Origin: Mobula hypostoma
Lineage: Eukaryota
Assembly (NCBI RefSeq): GCF_963921235.1
Contig: NC_086097.1
Location: forward strand, 167,836,001 to 167,900,000
Reading direction: 5' to 3'
Length of the DNA: 64,000 bases
The notes under the pieces are model-generated. The model worked only from the letters and a program-made list of their open reading frames with translations, ran no database searches and was not told the origin of the DNA. The position numbers and the translations under genes were made by a program. Positions 26,700 to 39,580 of the stretch are shown piece after piece (positions within the stretch are counted from its first letter, which is position 1; each line of letters opens with the position of its first letter).

Positions 26700-27140
26700 G
26701 ATTGATTGATTGAAGCACCATAGAAAACAACCTGTCTTGATGCATAACAGCTTTGTATGGTAACTGCTCTGTATATGACCAGAGGAAACTGCAGAGAGTT
26801 GTGGCCACAGCTCAGGACATCATAGAAACCAGCCTCCCCTCCATGGACTCTGTCTGTATGACCTGCTGCCTCAGTAAAGCAACCAGCATAATCAAAGACC
26901 CCCCCCCCATCCACCCAGACATTCTCTCTTCTGCTTTCTCCCATTAGATAGAAGATACAGAAGCTTGAAAGCACCTATCACTTGGCTGAAGGACAGCTTC
27001 TACCCTGCTGTAGTAAAATTATTAAGTGGTTCCCTATTACAATAAAATGGACTCTGAACCCCACAATCTGCCTTGTTATGATCTTGCACTTTATTGTTTA
27101 CCTGAACTACACGTGACAATAATATACCAATGCCAATACC
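26700..27140 (+). mobile_element. Rex1/Babar LINE 3' fragment
   Basis: YGNCSVYDQRKLQRVVATAQDIIETSLPSMDSVCMTCCLSKATSIIKDP. Confidence 0.85.
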
Positions 27141-28149
27141 TGTCCAAATTGCTTTTCTTCCCATATTCCAATTAACTCCTCTTAGATTCTACCACCGGAG
27201 ACAATTATCCTACCAACATACATATTGGGATATGAGAGGAAACCAGAGCATCCCGAGAAAGTCTGCAAAGGAAGAACATGCGGACTCCACACAGACAGCA
27301 CAGGAGGTCTGGATTGAACCTGGATTACTGAAGCTACGAGATGCTGCTCTACTCATTGTGCCACTCTGTAGCACACAAAAATAAGCTGGAGAACATCTGG
27401 GATGGCTTCGAGAACCCCTAGTCTATGAATTGGGAGCACGTGGAAATCCAGCGTAGATAGTGGAAAGAGCACTCCACCTCACCTCCCTGTAGAAAAAAAA
27501 AATCTGTGAGTCCCAAAGTGGCTGCATTAGCCAACATAGAACCTGGACAACTGGACTAGAAGCAAGTCATCCTCGGTTCTGAGGGACCACCTCAGAAGAA
27601 GGCAACATCACAGAACAGTAACCAGTCAGAGGTGCCCACTCCCTGGAGTCTGACGCGCAGTGGACAGAGTAAGCAGCACAAACAAGTAGTATACTGGGAA
27701 AAGTCCTGTTGCTAATTTAATCCTTTGGGAGCTGAGGTGACAATTTTTAAAGACTTTTAATGACTCATCGACCATTGCCCAGGTGTAGATGCAATGTTTA
27801 CTGAAAATACCTCCTTCAGTTAAGTTGATCTCCTGGCAATTTGTTATAATGAACTCCAGTAAGAAAGGGAAACAAAGTTTTATGTTGCACTATTCGGGAT
27901 AAATGATCTTCCAAGGCACCTAACAGCCGACCAGATACTACATGCGTGGTCATGTTTGTAATCCAGGAAAGAAGACAGCTAACATTCAGATAGCAAGCTT
28001 CCCCAGATATGTCAATGACTAGAGAACCTTTCTGAATAATGCCATCAAAAGAGGAGCACAGAACATGAAGCAGGTCCTTCAGCCCATATCTGTCTGAACG
28101 CTTCCTATCCTAACAGATTCCAGCCAAGACATCAAGGCTGCTTCTCCTG

Positions 28150-28570
28150 TTTTACTTACTTACTGCTTGTTATGCCACTGGCATTTAGGGCAGCAGTGGA
28201 GGTTGTCCATCTCTGGCAGTGTTCAGAGTTTCCCGTTGTGTTAAAAAAGCCTCAGTTTTCACTACTGTCAGTCATGCAAGTCCTGGACGGAAGTCTCAGG
28301 AATACCGTCGCAATCAGATGTAGGAGCATCCTTTATTGCTGTTTTGGTAACAGTTTTCTTTTACCGGTCAGGGTTATTAGCCCTTAGCTGAACCCCCGAA
28401 CCTGGAGGACTGGTGAACCATGCTTAGTCTGTCCGCTACCCTTTGACCTGTTTTCTATGGGTAACCCTACCAAGAGTCAGAGCATAAAGACCTGACTAGA
28501 GTCAATATTGTTCTCCAAATCATTGAGGCATGCAAGCCTCCAAACAAGGTTGTGGTCCATTTGGAAGTTC
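28150..28570. mobile_element. RTE-related remnant
   Basis: Minus-strand ...gctgccctaaatgcc...(GTAA)n tail next to a plus-strand aacccccgaacctggaggac segment that I recall from RTE 5' UTRs. Confidence 0.4.
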
Positions 28571-31332
28571 TCTGGGTTTGGGATCCTCTAAATCTATCTG
28601 AGGGCTCAGGCAGTGTCTTAGTTTAACTTGGTCTGGCCATGTTTGGCACTGGAGTGTTAGATGAGATTTCTGACTTAGAGACTCTGTTGTGAACTTTTGC
28701 TGTTCCTAAACTCTTGGGTGTTTAGTCTTTGTTTTAAGTGGTCAAGGCTTGCAACATCATTGAAAATGTGGATATGAGTAGCTTTCACAATGATATAACA
28801 ATAGTTTTATTTTCTGTATTTAAGAATATTTTAACCAAATATTTTCTATTCCACTCAAAAATTGGGAGTCTCTGTCTCCGTTGCCTTCTCCGGTCCCTCT
28901 GCACTCTTTCATTTCTGTCTTTTCAACAATCCCCAAATCTAATCATTCTTCCATTGAAGACCTTGCCTTCAGTTACTGAGCTCATAAGTGTTGGCAACCC
29001 TTCCCTGGATCTCCGACTCTTCCTAAACCCACAGCTTTGGCCAGTCTCTTCAACGACCTCCCTGCAAGACTCTGTGCTGTGTGTTGCTTAGGTGCTGTCA
29101 TGTGAAGCCCTTGAGTTATCTCACTCCATTAGAGGTGCTGTGTAAATGCAGACTGATGTTGTGGTTGCCAGTCCCATAATGCCCTTGTCCATTCTCTCTC
29201 GGACTTGGGGTCCGAGGCCATAGATCCCTCAAAGTTGCTGTGCAAGTTGATGGGGTAGTTAAAACGGCACCTGCTGAGTTTGCCTATATTAGTCAGGGAC
29301 TGAGTTCAAGAGCCAAGAGGTAATGTTGCAGCTCTAGAAAACTCTGGTCAGACCACACGGAATAATAGTATCTGCCTCAAACTTTATACATCGTTTCGGC
29401 ACTCTTGCCACCAAATTTCCCTCAGGGTTAATAAAGTATATCTATCTATCTTATCTATTTAATAACATGTTTAACTGGCGGCAAATCATAAACACAACTG
29501 ATTCTGTAGATGCTGGAATTGCTGAGTCCTGATGAAGAGTCTCAACCCGAAACATTGACTGTCCATTCCCCTCCATTGATACTGACTGACTTGCTGAGTT
29601 CCTCCAGCGCGTTGTACGGTATGTGTTGCTTAACTGGTTGCTCTCATTTGCCATATATTTCAGTATAGGTATTGGTTTATTTGTGTCATTTGTGCTGAGG
29701 TACATTGCAAAGCTTTTGTTGCATAGTATCTGCAGAGATCATGCCATATACAAGTAGATCAAGGTAGTGAAGAGGAAAGCAGTTACAAAGTGCACTGCGG
29801 GTAAACAAATGAGGTGCAAAGGTTGCAACAAGCTCTATTGGAAGATCAAGACTTCAAGAATTCATCATTAGCACACAAGTTGTTCAAACTTCTGATAATA
29901 GCAGGGTAGAAGATGTCACTGAATCTGGTGGCATGTGCTGTCTGGATTTTGTGTCTCCTGCCTGATGAGAAAGAGAAGGAAAGAGAATGACGAGTGGGAG
30001 GGGTCCTTGATTTAGACTGCGCGCTCCAGATACTTTAACTTTTGCTCCCACCAATGGGCCAACCCATGGGTAACTGAGCCACACCTGGAATTTTACAGTC
30101 ATACAGTGGGGAAGTAGGCCTTTTGGCCTATCATGTCTACATTGACTATCAAATATTCATCTGTACCAGCCCCATATTCCAGCACTTGGTCCGTAGCTTT
30201 CTGAGCTTTGGTGTCCAGATGCTTAAGCATTAAAAGAAGATCTGCCTCCACTCATTAACCACAGCCCTTCTGCAACCACAGACATTCTGCAACCACAGAC
30301 ATTCTTCTTGTACTTGCCAGATACACTGGGCTCTGGGGTGTGACATCGATTGGACTTGGGTTGGGAAGTTGAAATCCAGCTGACACTTCTTCCCTAATCT
30401 CATGCCAAAATAGTTCCTTGGTCTTTCATCTGAATTCTTCTCCCAGCCTTTTTCCTAATTTAAGTGCAGCAGCACAGTGGCCTCTGGTATTAGAGCTGTT
30501 GTCTCAGAGCTTAGTGACCCAAGTTCAATCCTGGTCTCCGGCACTGCCCATGTGGAGTTTGCTCATTCTCTCTGTGAGAGCATCCCAAAGATGTGCAGTT
30601 TGGTAGGTTACCCGTGCAAGTGAATGGTAGCACCAACTGCTAAATTGATGAGAAGTAAGGAGAATTTAAAAATGGGATTAGCATGAGTGTGAATGGTTGC
30701 TTGATGGTTTGTAGTTGATGAGCTGAAGAATCTGTTTTCATGCGATATGATTCCATGACAAGGTATTTGTGTCGACAAGAATGGAAGAATATCAGTCAGT
30801 AAGCTTGTTCTTTTTACTATGTCACTAACCACACATCTGTTTAATATTACCCAACTGTTCAATCTTGATGCTGAATTTTTCATTTCGGGAAAAATTGCTA
30901 TAGCATTATCGATCATCAGCTTGTCAAGAAAGCTTCTTAAACCAAAGGGCAGGAGATTGTCAAGCTTTACTAATAGGGAATGGCTATGCATTTTAACCAT
31001 AATTTTGATCATTGGGATGTTCTGTAACACTAGTACAGTGAAAGGCAACTTTATTTTATGGGGTGGTAAAATATTCTGTCAAAGCACAGACATCCTTCTG
31101 GATATCTACGGTCTGTCCTTTGTATTTGTCTAAACAAAAAGGTAGAGAAGAAGTGTGGACTGTGTTACTTTTTTATTAAAGCATTTTCTCTCTTTTGTTC
31201 TTTGTTTGAAGGATCTTCAGGCCCAGTGTGGAAAATTGTATTCCTTTGATTTTCAAATGATTTATAAAAGATAAAATTATCATTAGTCAAACACACAAAT
31301 TCAGAGCTTTGTAACCATTAATGAGAAACTTC

Positions 31333-31890
31333 CAAAGTTCAAAGTAAATTTATTATCATATATCACCTATATAACCAGATACAACCCCGAGATTTGTTTT
31401 CATGCAGGCTTACACAGTAAATCCAAGAAACACAATAGAATCAATGAAAAATCAGGCAAACAACCAATGTGCAAAAAAACAATAAACTATGCAAATAAGG
31501 AAAAGGATGGATAAATAAATAAACAGTAAATTTCGGGAACATGAGATGAAGAGTCCTTTAAAGTGAGTCCATAGGTTATGGGAACAGTACGGTGATAGGG
31601 CAAGTGAAATTAAAGACCCTGATGGTTTTGGGGGTGGGGGGGCGATGGTTATAGCTGTTTCTGAATCTGGTGGTGTGGGTCCTGAGACTCCTGGTACCAC
31701 TGGTACCACCTTCCTGATGGCAGCAGCGAAAAAAGAGCATGATCTGGGTGATTGTGGGGTGGGGGGGGGGGTCTTTGATAATGGATACTGCTTTCCTGTG
31801 AAAACATTCCATTTAGATGTGCTCAATGGTGTGGAAAGCTTTATCCATGCCGGACTGGGCTCTATGCACTACCTTTTGTAGGTGTTTCCA
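31333..31890 (-). mobile_element. Rex1/Babar LINE 3' fragment
   Basis: ECFHRKAVSIIKDP...SLRTHTTRFRNSY; tail tgataataaatttactttgaactttg. Confidence 0.8.
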
Positions 31891-33352
31891 TACCAAGCCC
31901 TTCCATCTTTGGGTAAAGCAGTTGCACACTCATCCAGCACGTCCAGCCACAGGACATGTGCAGAGACCTCACTTCGGGGGGGCTTGGTAACATCATGTTT
32001 AGCGTCACACTATTAGCGCCAGCGATCTGGGTTCAATTCCGCTGCTGTCTCCAATCAGTTTGTACAGTCTGTCTGTGACGGTGAGGGTTTCATCCCACAT
32101 GGGTGTAATTGGGTGGGTGCAGGTTTGTAGTTACCATGCTGTATCTATAAACAAACAAATAATGTTTTATTCATCAAAATAATCAAAGATCAACATCAGC
32201 TAAATAGAATCAGGTCAAATTTATAAAGCTGTGAATAATAGATTGCCATCTAAAGTATTCAGTAGGAGATTTTCTTTCTCCCAGATCACGGCAGTAGTGT
32301 GGAACATGAGAGAGCGGAGCAGGGATTGACAGCTTGGCTATTGGAATGTGCTCTAAGGTCTTGGATAGCCTGACCATTAGTTTCAGTTCCTCACTTATAC
32401 CTGTTCACCTTGATCAGTGTTGATTTCCCACGATTAGCCTTCAACATATTCAGAGATTCAGCATTCACTGCTTTCTGTGATAATAACAAACATTCACAAC
32501 TCTCTGAGAGAAGAAAATTATAAATGGGGGACCCGTTTATCCCGGGTCTGTGTCCCTTTAGTCAATAATTCCTCTACCAGAAGAAGCATCTTCTCAGTTT
32601 TTCCCCTATCGGATACTCTCAGGATCAGATGTATTAGGAGCAAGGAATGTCATTGCACCTTGGTGCAGTGCCTCAATGTACTTATGTTTTGAAATGATCT
32701 GTATGGATCAGTTCGTGTGACAATAATAAATAAATTCCAAATGTTTGACAGTAATGTAATTTGAATCTCCATCTGATTGAAATTCCAGAGAGCAAAGGAG
32801 AACAGATAAGAGACGGGAGTTAGGGGCAACCATCAGAGCGGGTTCCAGGTGCCATATAGTAGTCTCCTGCTCTCCTCTCTGTTGCTGCACACTCTTACCT
32901 AAAGGCTTGCTCCTTACTCATGAGATAACTCTTGAATCCCAAGTTCTAATCAATGGAAACTGGGGTGGAGAAGGCAGATGTGGACCATAAATACTTGGAA
33001 AACTCATTTGGATCAAATTTGCATCATCAAGCAGAACAAGCGACAGCCTGAAAGCACATACCACCAGGCTCAAGGACAGTTATTCTATTGTTCTCCAGCT
33101 TTTGAATGGACCTTCTGTATGATATGAGCTCTTAACCTCGCGATCTATCTTGTTATGATCTTTCACTTTGTTGTTTACCTGCACTGCATTTTTACTGTAG
33201 CTTTTACACTTCGTCTGCATTGTAACTGTTTTACATTGTTCTACCTCAATGCACTGTGTAATGATTTGATCTATATAAACAGTATGCAGTGCAAACTCTT
33301 CACTGTATCTGGATACATGTAACGATAATAAACTAATACCAGTGTCATTATG

Positions 33353-33446
33353 CAACACACATCAAAGTTGCTGGTGAACGCAGCAGGCCAGGCAGCATCT
33401 CTAGGTACAGTCGACGTTTCAGGCCGAGACCCTTCGTCAGGACCAA
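33353..33446 (-). mobile_element. About 94-bp Penelope 3'-end insertion consisting of hammerhead plus tail
   Basis: Direct repeat TGTCATTATG at 33343-33352 and 33447-33456. Sequence nearly identical to 18546-18642. Confidence 0.88.
33408..33445 (-). ncRNA. Minimal type I hammerhead ribozyme motif with intact core
   Basis: Minus strand reads TGGTC-CTGACGA-A-GGGT-CTCG-GCCT-GAAAC-GTC-GACTG: CUGANGA and GAAA boxes, GUC cleavage triplet, helix I GUC/GAC, loopless palindromic helix III (ACGU). Confidence 0.78.
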
Positions 33447-33534
33447 TGTCATTATGTTTCAGATGAAAAGATGCTTGTTTCACATTGTGCTTTTGGAACT
33501 TCGTATTTAACATAAACTTTTTTCCTATTTGCAG

Positions 33535-33632
33535 GAATTTTTTGATCATGCAAAAGCACTTTGGGATGACGAGGGTGTGAAGGCATGCTTTGAAAGATCA
33601 AATGAGTACCAGCTCATCGACTGTGCACAATA
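33535..33632 (+). CDS. GNAL: Internal coding exon (98 bp) of a Gs-family G-protein alpha subunit, most likely G(olf) alpha
   Basis: Pyrimidine tract and acceptor tttttcctatttgcag|GAA, donor CAATA|gtaagt. Translates as [32 protein letters not shown](Y). Length and phase match the 98-bp exon shared by GNAS and GNAL. FFD and [10 protein letters not shown] match GNAL (GNAS has FYE and WEDEGVRACY). Isolation by long introns also fits GNAL. Not present in the ORF track. Confidence 0.9.
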
Positions 33633-35134
33633 GTAAGTATCACTCACCACTAAACTATGGGATTGTTGCAGCATTTCTAGCTCATTCAACTTCTTCCAAA
33701 AAGAGAAGTTACTTTGTCCTGAAATGGAAAATGAGACTAAACTGAATGGGATTTTACAATGTCCTCTGCTCAGTGAGAAGACACTAATATTTCTGAAGCG
33801 TCAACCAGAGTTGATCTGTAAACTGGTTGAATCGAGGTAGTGCTGTGAGGCAACAAAATGGCGAAGAACCAGAAACATTTTGGTTAGATTTAGCTTGGAA
33901 GTCAGAGTTCTGTTGCTTCTGCATTTGATTGTTCAGTTCTTGGCTCAGTGGGATATCTGGAGTGGCCCAGCTCTCCAGTGGAGACAAGAGGACCATCAGG
34001 ATGGTTCTGACTTAAGCGGGTTAAACTTATCAGAGTTGATGTTGAGTTAAATTTCTTCAGAGATTTCTTTGCTGTCCCTCGTAATCCACAGAGTCAACAG
34101 CTCTCCAAGTGACTGTAATTCATTGCCTGCTCTGAAATCTTATGCAATATCTTTAATCTGGTCTTTCGCACAAACTGGGGAGCACAACAGCATTGTTAGT
34201 CATGCTGTTGCCTCAGCACCAGGGAGCTGGATTCAAACCTGAATTATCTGTACGTAATTTGTACATTCTCTCTGTAACAGCATGGGTTGCCTCCATGTGC
34301 TCTGATTTCTTACATGTTGGTAGGTTATTTGGCCACTGTATGTTGTTCCTAGTGTGTAGGTAAGTGTAGAATCTGGAGGAATTGTGAAAATGTGAGGAGT
34401 AAAAAAGGATTACTGTAGGATTGGTGCCAATGATTGGTTGTTAGAGTGCAGCTGATGGGGTTGAATGACTTGGTTCCTTGCTTCTTCTCTGTATGACTAA
34501 ATCTAACCATCTCTTATGCTTTGAGCCAAGTTTTATGGTGAGCATCTGCAGAGAAAAATTGTTTATTTTGTCTCTCGCTCTCTTGGATGAAATTCTCAAG
34601 TGGTAAAATCCAAAGTGAGTTTGATAACTAATTCCATGGCTAACTGACATTCTTAGGGAATGTCTCACTGACTTTAAAACAAATATATGCATCGCAATGC
34701 AGATGTCATGGATCAGCTGGTTTTAATTACACCTTCAGAAACGTACTTTGACTTCATTGGTAAGACTGGATTTTTAAATTCTCTGCTGCTTTGGTGAGGG
34801 TGGGGTTGCTTTGCATTGGGTTCTAGCAGAGGATGTGCAGTGTGACATATGTTGTGGTGTCCCAGTGTATACAGAGATCGTCCTGTGTAAACTGAGTGAG
34901 AATGACATATTGTTCTCCAGTGTGTAGGTGCTTCATTGTATGGTGCTAGTTGCAGGGTTGATTAGGCACGTTGCCACAGGAGGCCTTGGTCAGCTTTACT
35001 TTTGAGTAGGTATCTCTGGGTTTCTTATGAGTTAAGTAGTTTAAAATATTTTCTAAACAATTGGTATTATTTTGTTAATTTAATAACCAACAACTTGTTT
35101 ATATGGTTGTTTATACTTGTCTACATTGTCCCCT

Positions 35135-36517
35135 GGGTTTTTCATCTCTCTGGAACAATCCATTGTCCCCTTGGTTTTCAAGGCGGCATCCATTATTCCA
35201 GTGCCAAAGAAGGTGACAGTTACCTGCCCAAGTGACTATTGGCTGGTAGCATCAGCATCAGCCATTATGAAATGCTTTGAGTTGCTGCTCATGGAGCACA
35301 TTAAAGCCTTTCTCCCAGCTACACTGGACCCTTTCCAGTTCGCTAATCGTTCAAATTGATCCACAGATGATGCAATAGCCTCTGTCCTCTCCCACCTGGA
35401 AAATGGGGTCCATATGCCATACTGCTATTTACAGACTTCAGTTCGGCATTCAACACTATGATACCTCAGAAACTGATGGAGAAACTGTCCTCGCTGGGTC
35501 TCAACACCTCCCTCTGCAATTGGATACTGGACTTCTTACTGGTAAGGCTACGTTCAGTCTTTGTGGGCTGCAACATCTCTAGTCCCGTCACACTGAACCC
35601 TGGAGACCCTCAAGGCTGTGTGCTCAGCCCACTGCTGACGCATGATTGCGTCGCAGGATCCAACTCAAACCGTGTCATCAAGTTAGCGGATAACACAGCA
35701 GTGGTTGGCCTTATCAAGACCAATGACAAGATGGAGTATAGAGAGGAAGTGGAGCGGCTGGTGGGCTGGTGTGAGAAGAATAATAAATCTGAACATGGAG
35801 AAGACAAAGGAGATCATTGTGGACTTCAGGAAGTGGAGACAAACCATCCCTCTCTCCAAATACATATAGAGAGAATTAAATGCACCAACCCTGGGGCTTT
35901 AGATCTCGGATGACCTCACCTGGTCCCCTAATATCACCTCCCTGAACGAGAAGTCACAGCAGCACATCCACTTTCTAAGGAGACAGAGACAAGCAAGGCT
36001 CCAACTGCACCACCCCCTCACATCTTAACTGTATTTTATAGGAGCACCATTGAGAGCATCCTGACAAGTTGCATCTCCATCTGGTTCAGAAGTCCCTACA
36101 AAGGACTGTGAGAACAGCTGAGAGTATCATAGGGATCTCCCTACCATCCATTGCGGACATTTAGCAGGAGTGCTGCGTGAACAGAGCCTTTGGTATTATT
36201 AAGGATCCCACCCATCCATCCAGCATCCTCTTTGACTTTCTACCATCAGGTGGGAGATTATGATGAATGAAAACAAGAACGAGAAACAGTTTCTTCCCAC
36301 AGGCCATTAGGCTTCTGTACTCCCTTCCGCATATTATTCAGTTAATCTGTTCCGTACCTTACAATATTTAATATTCATGCACTTTAGTTTATTATTTATG
36401 TGTGACTCATCTGTAGATTTTATCCTTACCTTCATAAGTTATCGTATGTTACGTGCTTTTCACCCTGGTTTGAAGAAACATTGTCACGTTTCTACATACA
36501 TTATATAGTTTTATATG
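35135..36517 (+). mobile_element. Rex1/Babar LINE, 5'-truncated, RT region with frameshifts; its tail resumes at 38123-38165 after the Tc1 insertion
   Basis: FKAASIIPVPKK...IMKCFE...[23 protein letters not shown]...[10 protein letters not shown]...KLADNT; (CTTGA)n-type tail at about 38145-38165. Confidence 0.88.
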
Positions 36518-36519
36518 TA

Positions 36520-38122
36520 CAATGGCATGCAAAAGTTTGGGCACCCCTGGTCAAAGTTTCTGTTGCTGTGAATAGCTAAGCGAGTAAAAGAAGAACTGAT
36601 TTCCAAAAGGCATAAGGTTAAAGATGATACACTTCTTTAATATTTTAAGCAAGAAAACTTTTTTAGTTCCATCTTTTACAGTTTCAAAATAACAAAAAAG
36701 GAAAAGGGCCTGAAGCAAAAGTTTGGGCACCCTGCATGGCAGTACTTAGTAACACCCCCTTTGGCAAGTATCACAGCTTATAAACGCTTTCTGTAGCCAG
36801 CTAAGAGGCTTTCAATTCTTGTTTGGGGGATTTTCACCCATTCTTCCTTGCAAAAGACTTCTAGTTCTGTGAGATTCTTGAGCCGTCTTGCATACACTGC
36901 TCTTTTGAGGTCTATCCACAGATTCTCGATGATGTTTAGGTCAGGGGACTGTGAGGGCCATGGCAAAACCTTCAGCTTGCACCTCTTGAAGTAGTCCATT
37001 GTGGATGTTGAGGTGTGTTTAGGATCATTATCCTGTTGTAGAAGCCATCCTCTTTTCATCTTCGGCTTTTTTACAGACGGTGTGATGTTTGCTCCCAGAA
37101 TTTGCTGGTATTTAATTGAACTCATTCTTCCCTCTACCAGTGAAATGTTCACCGTGCCACTGGCTGCAACACAAGCCCAAAGCATGATCGATCCACCCCC
37201 GTGTGCTTAACAGTTGGAGAGGGGTTCTTTTCATGAAATTCTGCACCCTTTTTTCTCCAAACATACCTTTGCTCATTGCAGTCAAAAAGTTCTATTTTAA
37301 CTTCATCAGTCCACAGGGTTTGTTTAGATGTTCCTTTGAACCTTTTGAATAGAACTTTTTGGCCACAATGAGCAAAGGTACGTTTGGAGAAAAAAGGGTG
37401 CGGAATTTCATGAAAAGAACCCCTCTCCAACTGTTAAGCACGGGGGTGGATCAATCATGCTTTGGGCCTGTGTTGCAGCCAGTGGCATGGGGAAAATTTA
37501 CTGGTAGAGTGAAAAATGAATTCAATTAAATACCAGCAAATTCTGGGAGCAAACATCACACCGTCTGTAAAAAAGCTGAAGATGAAAAGAGGATGGCTTC
37601 TGCAACAGGATAATGACCCTAAACACACTTCAAAATCCACAATGGGCTACCTCAAGAGGCACAAGCTGAAGGTTTTGCCATGGCCCTCACAGTCCCCTGA
37701 CCTGAACATCATCGAGAATCTGTGGATAGACCTCAAAAGAGCAGTGCATGCAAGATGGCCCAAGAATCTCGCAGAACTAGAAACCTTTTGCAAGGAAGAC
37801 TAGGTGAAAATTCCCCCAAACAAGAATTGAAGGACTCTCAGCTGGCTACAGAAAGTGTCTACAAGCTGTGATACTTGCCAAAGGGGGTGTTACTAAGTAC
37901 TGACCATGCAGGGTGCCCAAACTTTTGCTTTGGGCCCTTTTCCTTTTTTGTTATTTTGAAACTGTAAAAGATGGAAATAAAAAAGTTTTCTTGCTTAAAA
38001 TATTAAAGAAATGTGTCATCTTTAACTTTATGCCTTTTGGAAATCAGTTCGTCTTTTACTCACTTAGCTATTCACAGTAACAGAAATTTTGACCGGGGTG
38101 CCCAAACTTTTGCATGCCATTG
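36520..38122. mobile_element. Palindromic (foldback) non-autonomous Tc1/DD34E element of IR/DR type
   Basis: TA|CAATGGCATGCAAAAGTTTGGGCACCC ... GGGTGCCCAAACTTTTGCATGCCATTG|TA; inner direct repeats CAAAAGTTTGGGCACCC. Both arms encode the same transposase C-terminal half pointing outward (QQD-34 aa-E spacing counted in the left arm). Confidence 0.95.
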
Positions 38123-38305
38123 TATATAGTTAAACATCAACAAACTTCACTTGACTCAACTTGACGTTACAAAGTGCTGGCCACACTCAGCTGGTCTGTG
38201 AAGGGAGAAGCCACAATTCCTTTTCATTTTGGTAGTGCCGTTATAAGGAGGATGTGGAGGCTTTGGAGGCATTGAGTTACTTTTCTTTTTTGGCACAACC
38301 TTGTG

Positions 38306-39580
38306 CAGACATCCCACCTCTCCCGGAAGTTCCGGGAGATTCCCACATATCGACAGTGGCTCCCTGACATCCGCAAATTATATACAATCTCCCGAAAATC
38401 GATTTTTTTGAAAGCGAGCGGGAGAGAGAGGGAGGGAGGGAGAGAGGGGAAGGGGGAGAGGGTGGGAGGGAGGGGGGGAGAGAGAGAGAGAGTGACAGAG
38501 AGACAGAGAACATCCTGATAGGTCTACTTAGCACAAAGAGAGATCAATCAGTTTTCTCTGTGGGCAGGCTTTAAAGTCGATTTAAAGGGGATTAGAGCGG
38601 GGTTTAAATTGGAGCGAAATTCCAAAATCGTCTGCAAAGACACCTTTAAAAATGCGCTCGCAGCAAGCAAATTCTTTGGGTTTTTTTTCCTGAAACACTT
38701 CCACTTACAGGTACATCGAAGCCCGCGACGGGCTGGGTTTAAGCGCAGCCGTTTTCAGAAGAAGAACTGATTTTAATAAATACCCGGCCACCACCGAGGT
38801 CTCGTCATTAGGACAGCGAACTGTTTACCTGTGCTGCGCACTTTGTATGCATTTTGAATTACACTTTATTAAAGAATGTGGTAATATATTGTTTTATGTG
38901 GTGTGCGTGATATATGTATTGTGGCTACACAGTGGTCCAGACAGAGGTTGTTTTGTTTGTGGACAATCAGCCAGGTGACAATAAACTTGAAGATACAGAA
39001 CTTCTAAATCACTCATTTAAAATCCTCCATTTCGATGTAAAAAAGTGAGTTCTGATCCCGACTATTGCAGGCAATATGTGTGTGTGACTACATATATGCG
39101 ATCGGACGTTGTCTGACTGGACGTTAAGCGGCGCACACCAGTAATAAGGATACACCTTATGCTTTTATTTCTTTTAGAGTCCGCAACATATTAGGGAGGC
39201 TAAGTGCAGGGAAGGCTGCTCAAGTATTTCACAGTTCTTTTCAGCAGAAAACCAAGGTCTGACAGAGAAGGTCACTAGAGCTGAGGTGTTCTTTACATCT
39301 TTCATCGTTGAGCATAACCTGCCATTCCAGGTGTAAGCACACAGGCAAGCTATTCAGGAAAATGTTTCCTGATTCAGAAATAGCGAAAAACTATGCCTGC
39401 TCATCAACCAAGGCAGCAGCTATTGTGAACATGGCGCATTAAGACAGAATTCAGAGGTCAGCTGTCTCTGTGAATCTGATGTCTTGCAAAATTAACAAAT
39501 TCATTGACACAGACTGCTATGAGGTTGAGATTTCTGGTTGAGACCTCCCTGAAATGAGTTTTTGCAGGGTGGGATGTCTG
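38306..39580 (+). mobile_element. Internally deleted hAT-superfamily-like DNA transposon with a 6-bp TSD
   Basis: 13-bp TIR CAGACATCCCACC / GGTGGGATGTCTG; TSD CTTGTG (38300-38305 and 39581-39586). Transposase remnant KVTRAEVFFTSFIVEHNLPF..HTGKLFRKMFPDSEIAKNYACSSTKAAAIVN at about 39265-39432. Confidence 0.85.

Noticed and set aside
30608..31133. Overlapping 146-aa (-) and 104-aa (+) ORFs in mostly non-repetitive-looking DNA
   Set aside because: No recognisable motif or convincing splice signals; the minus ORF runs into a SINE.
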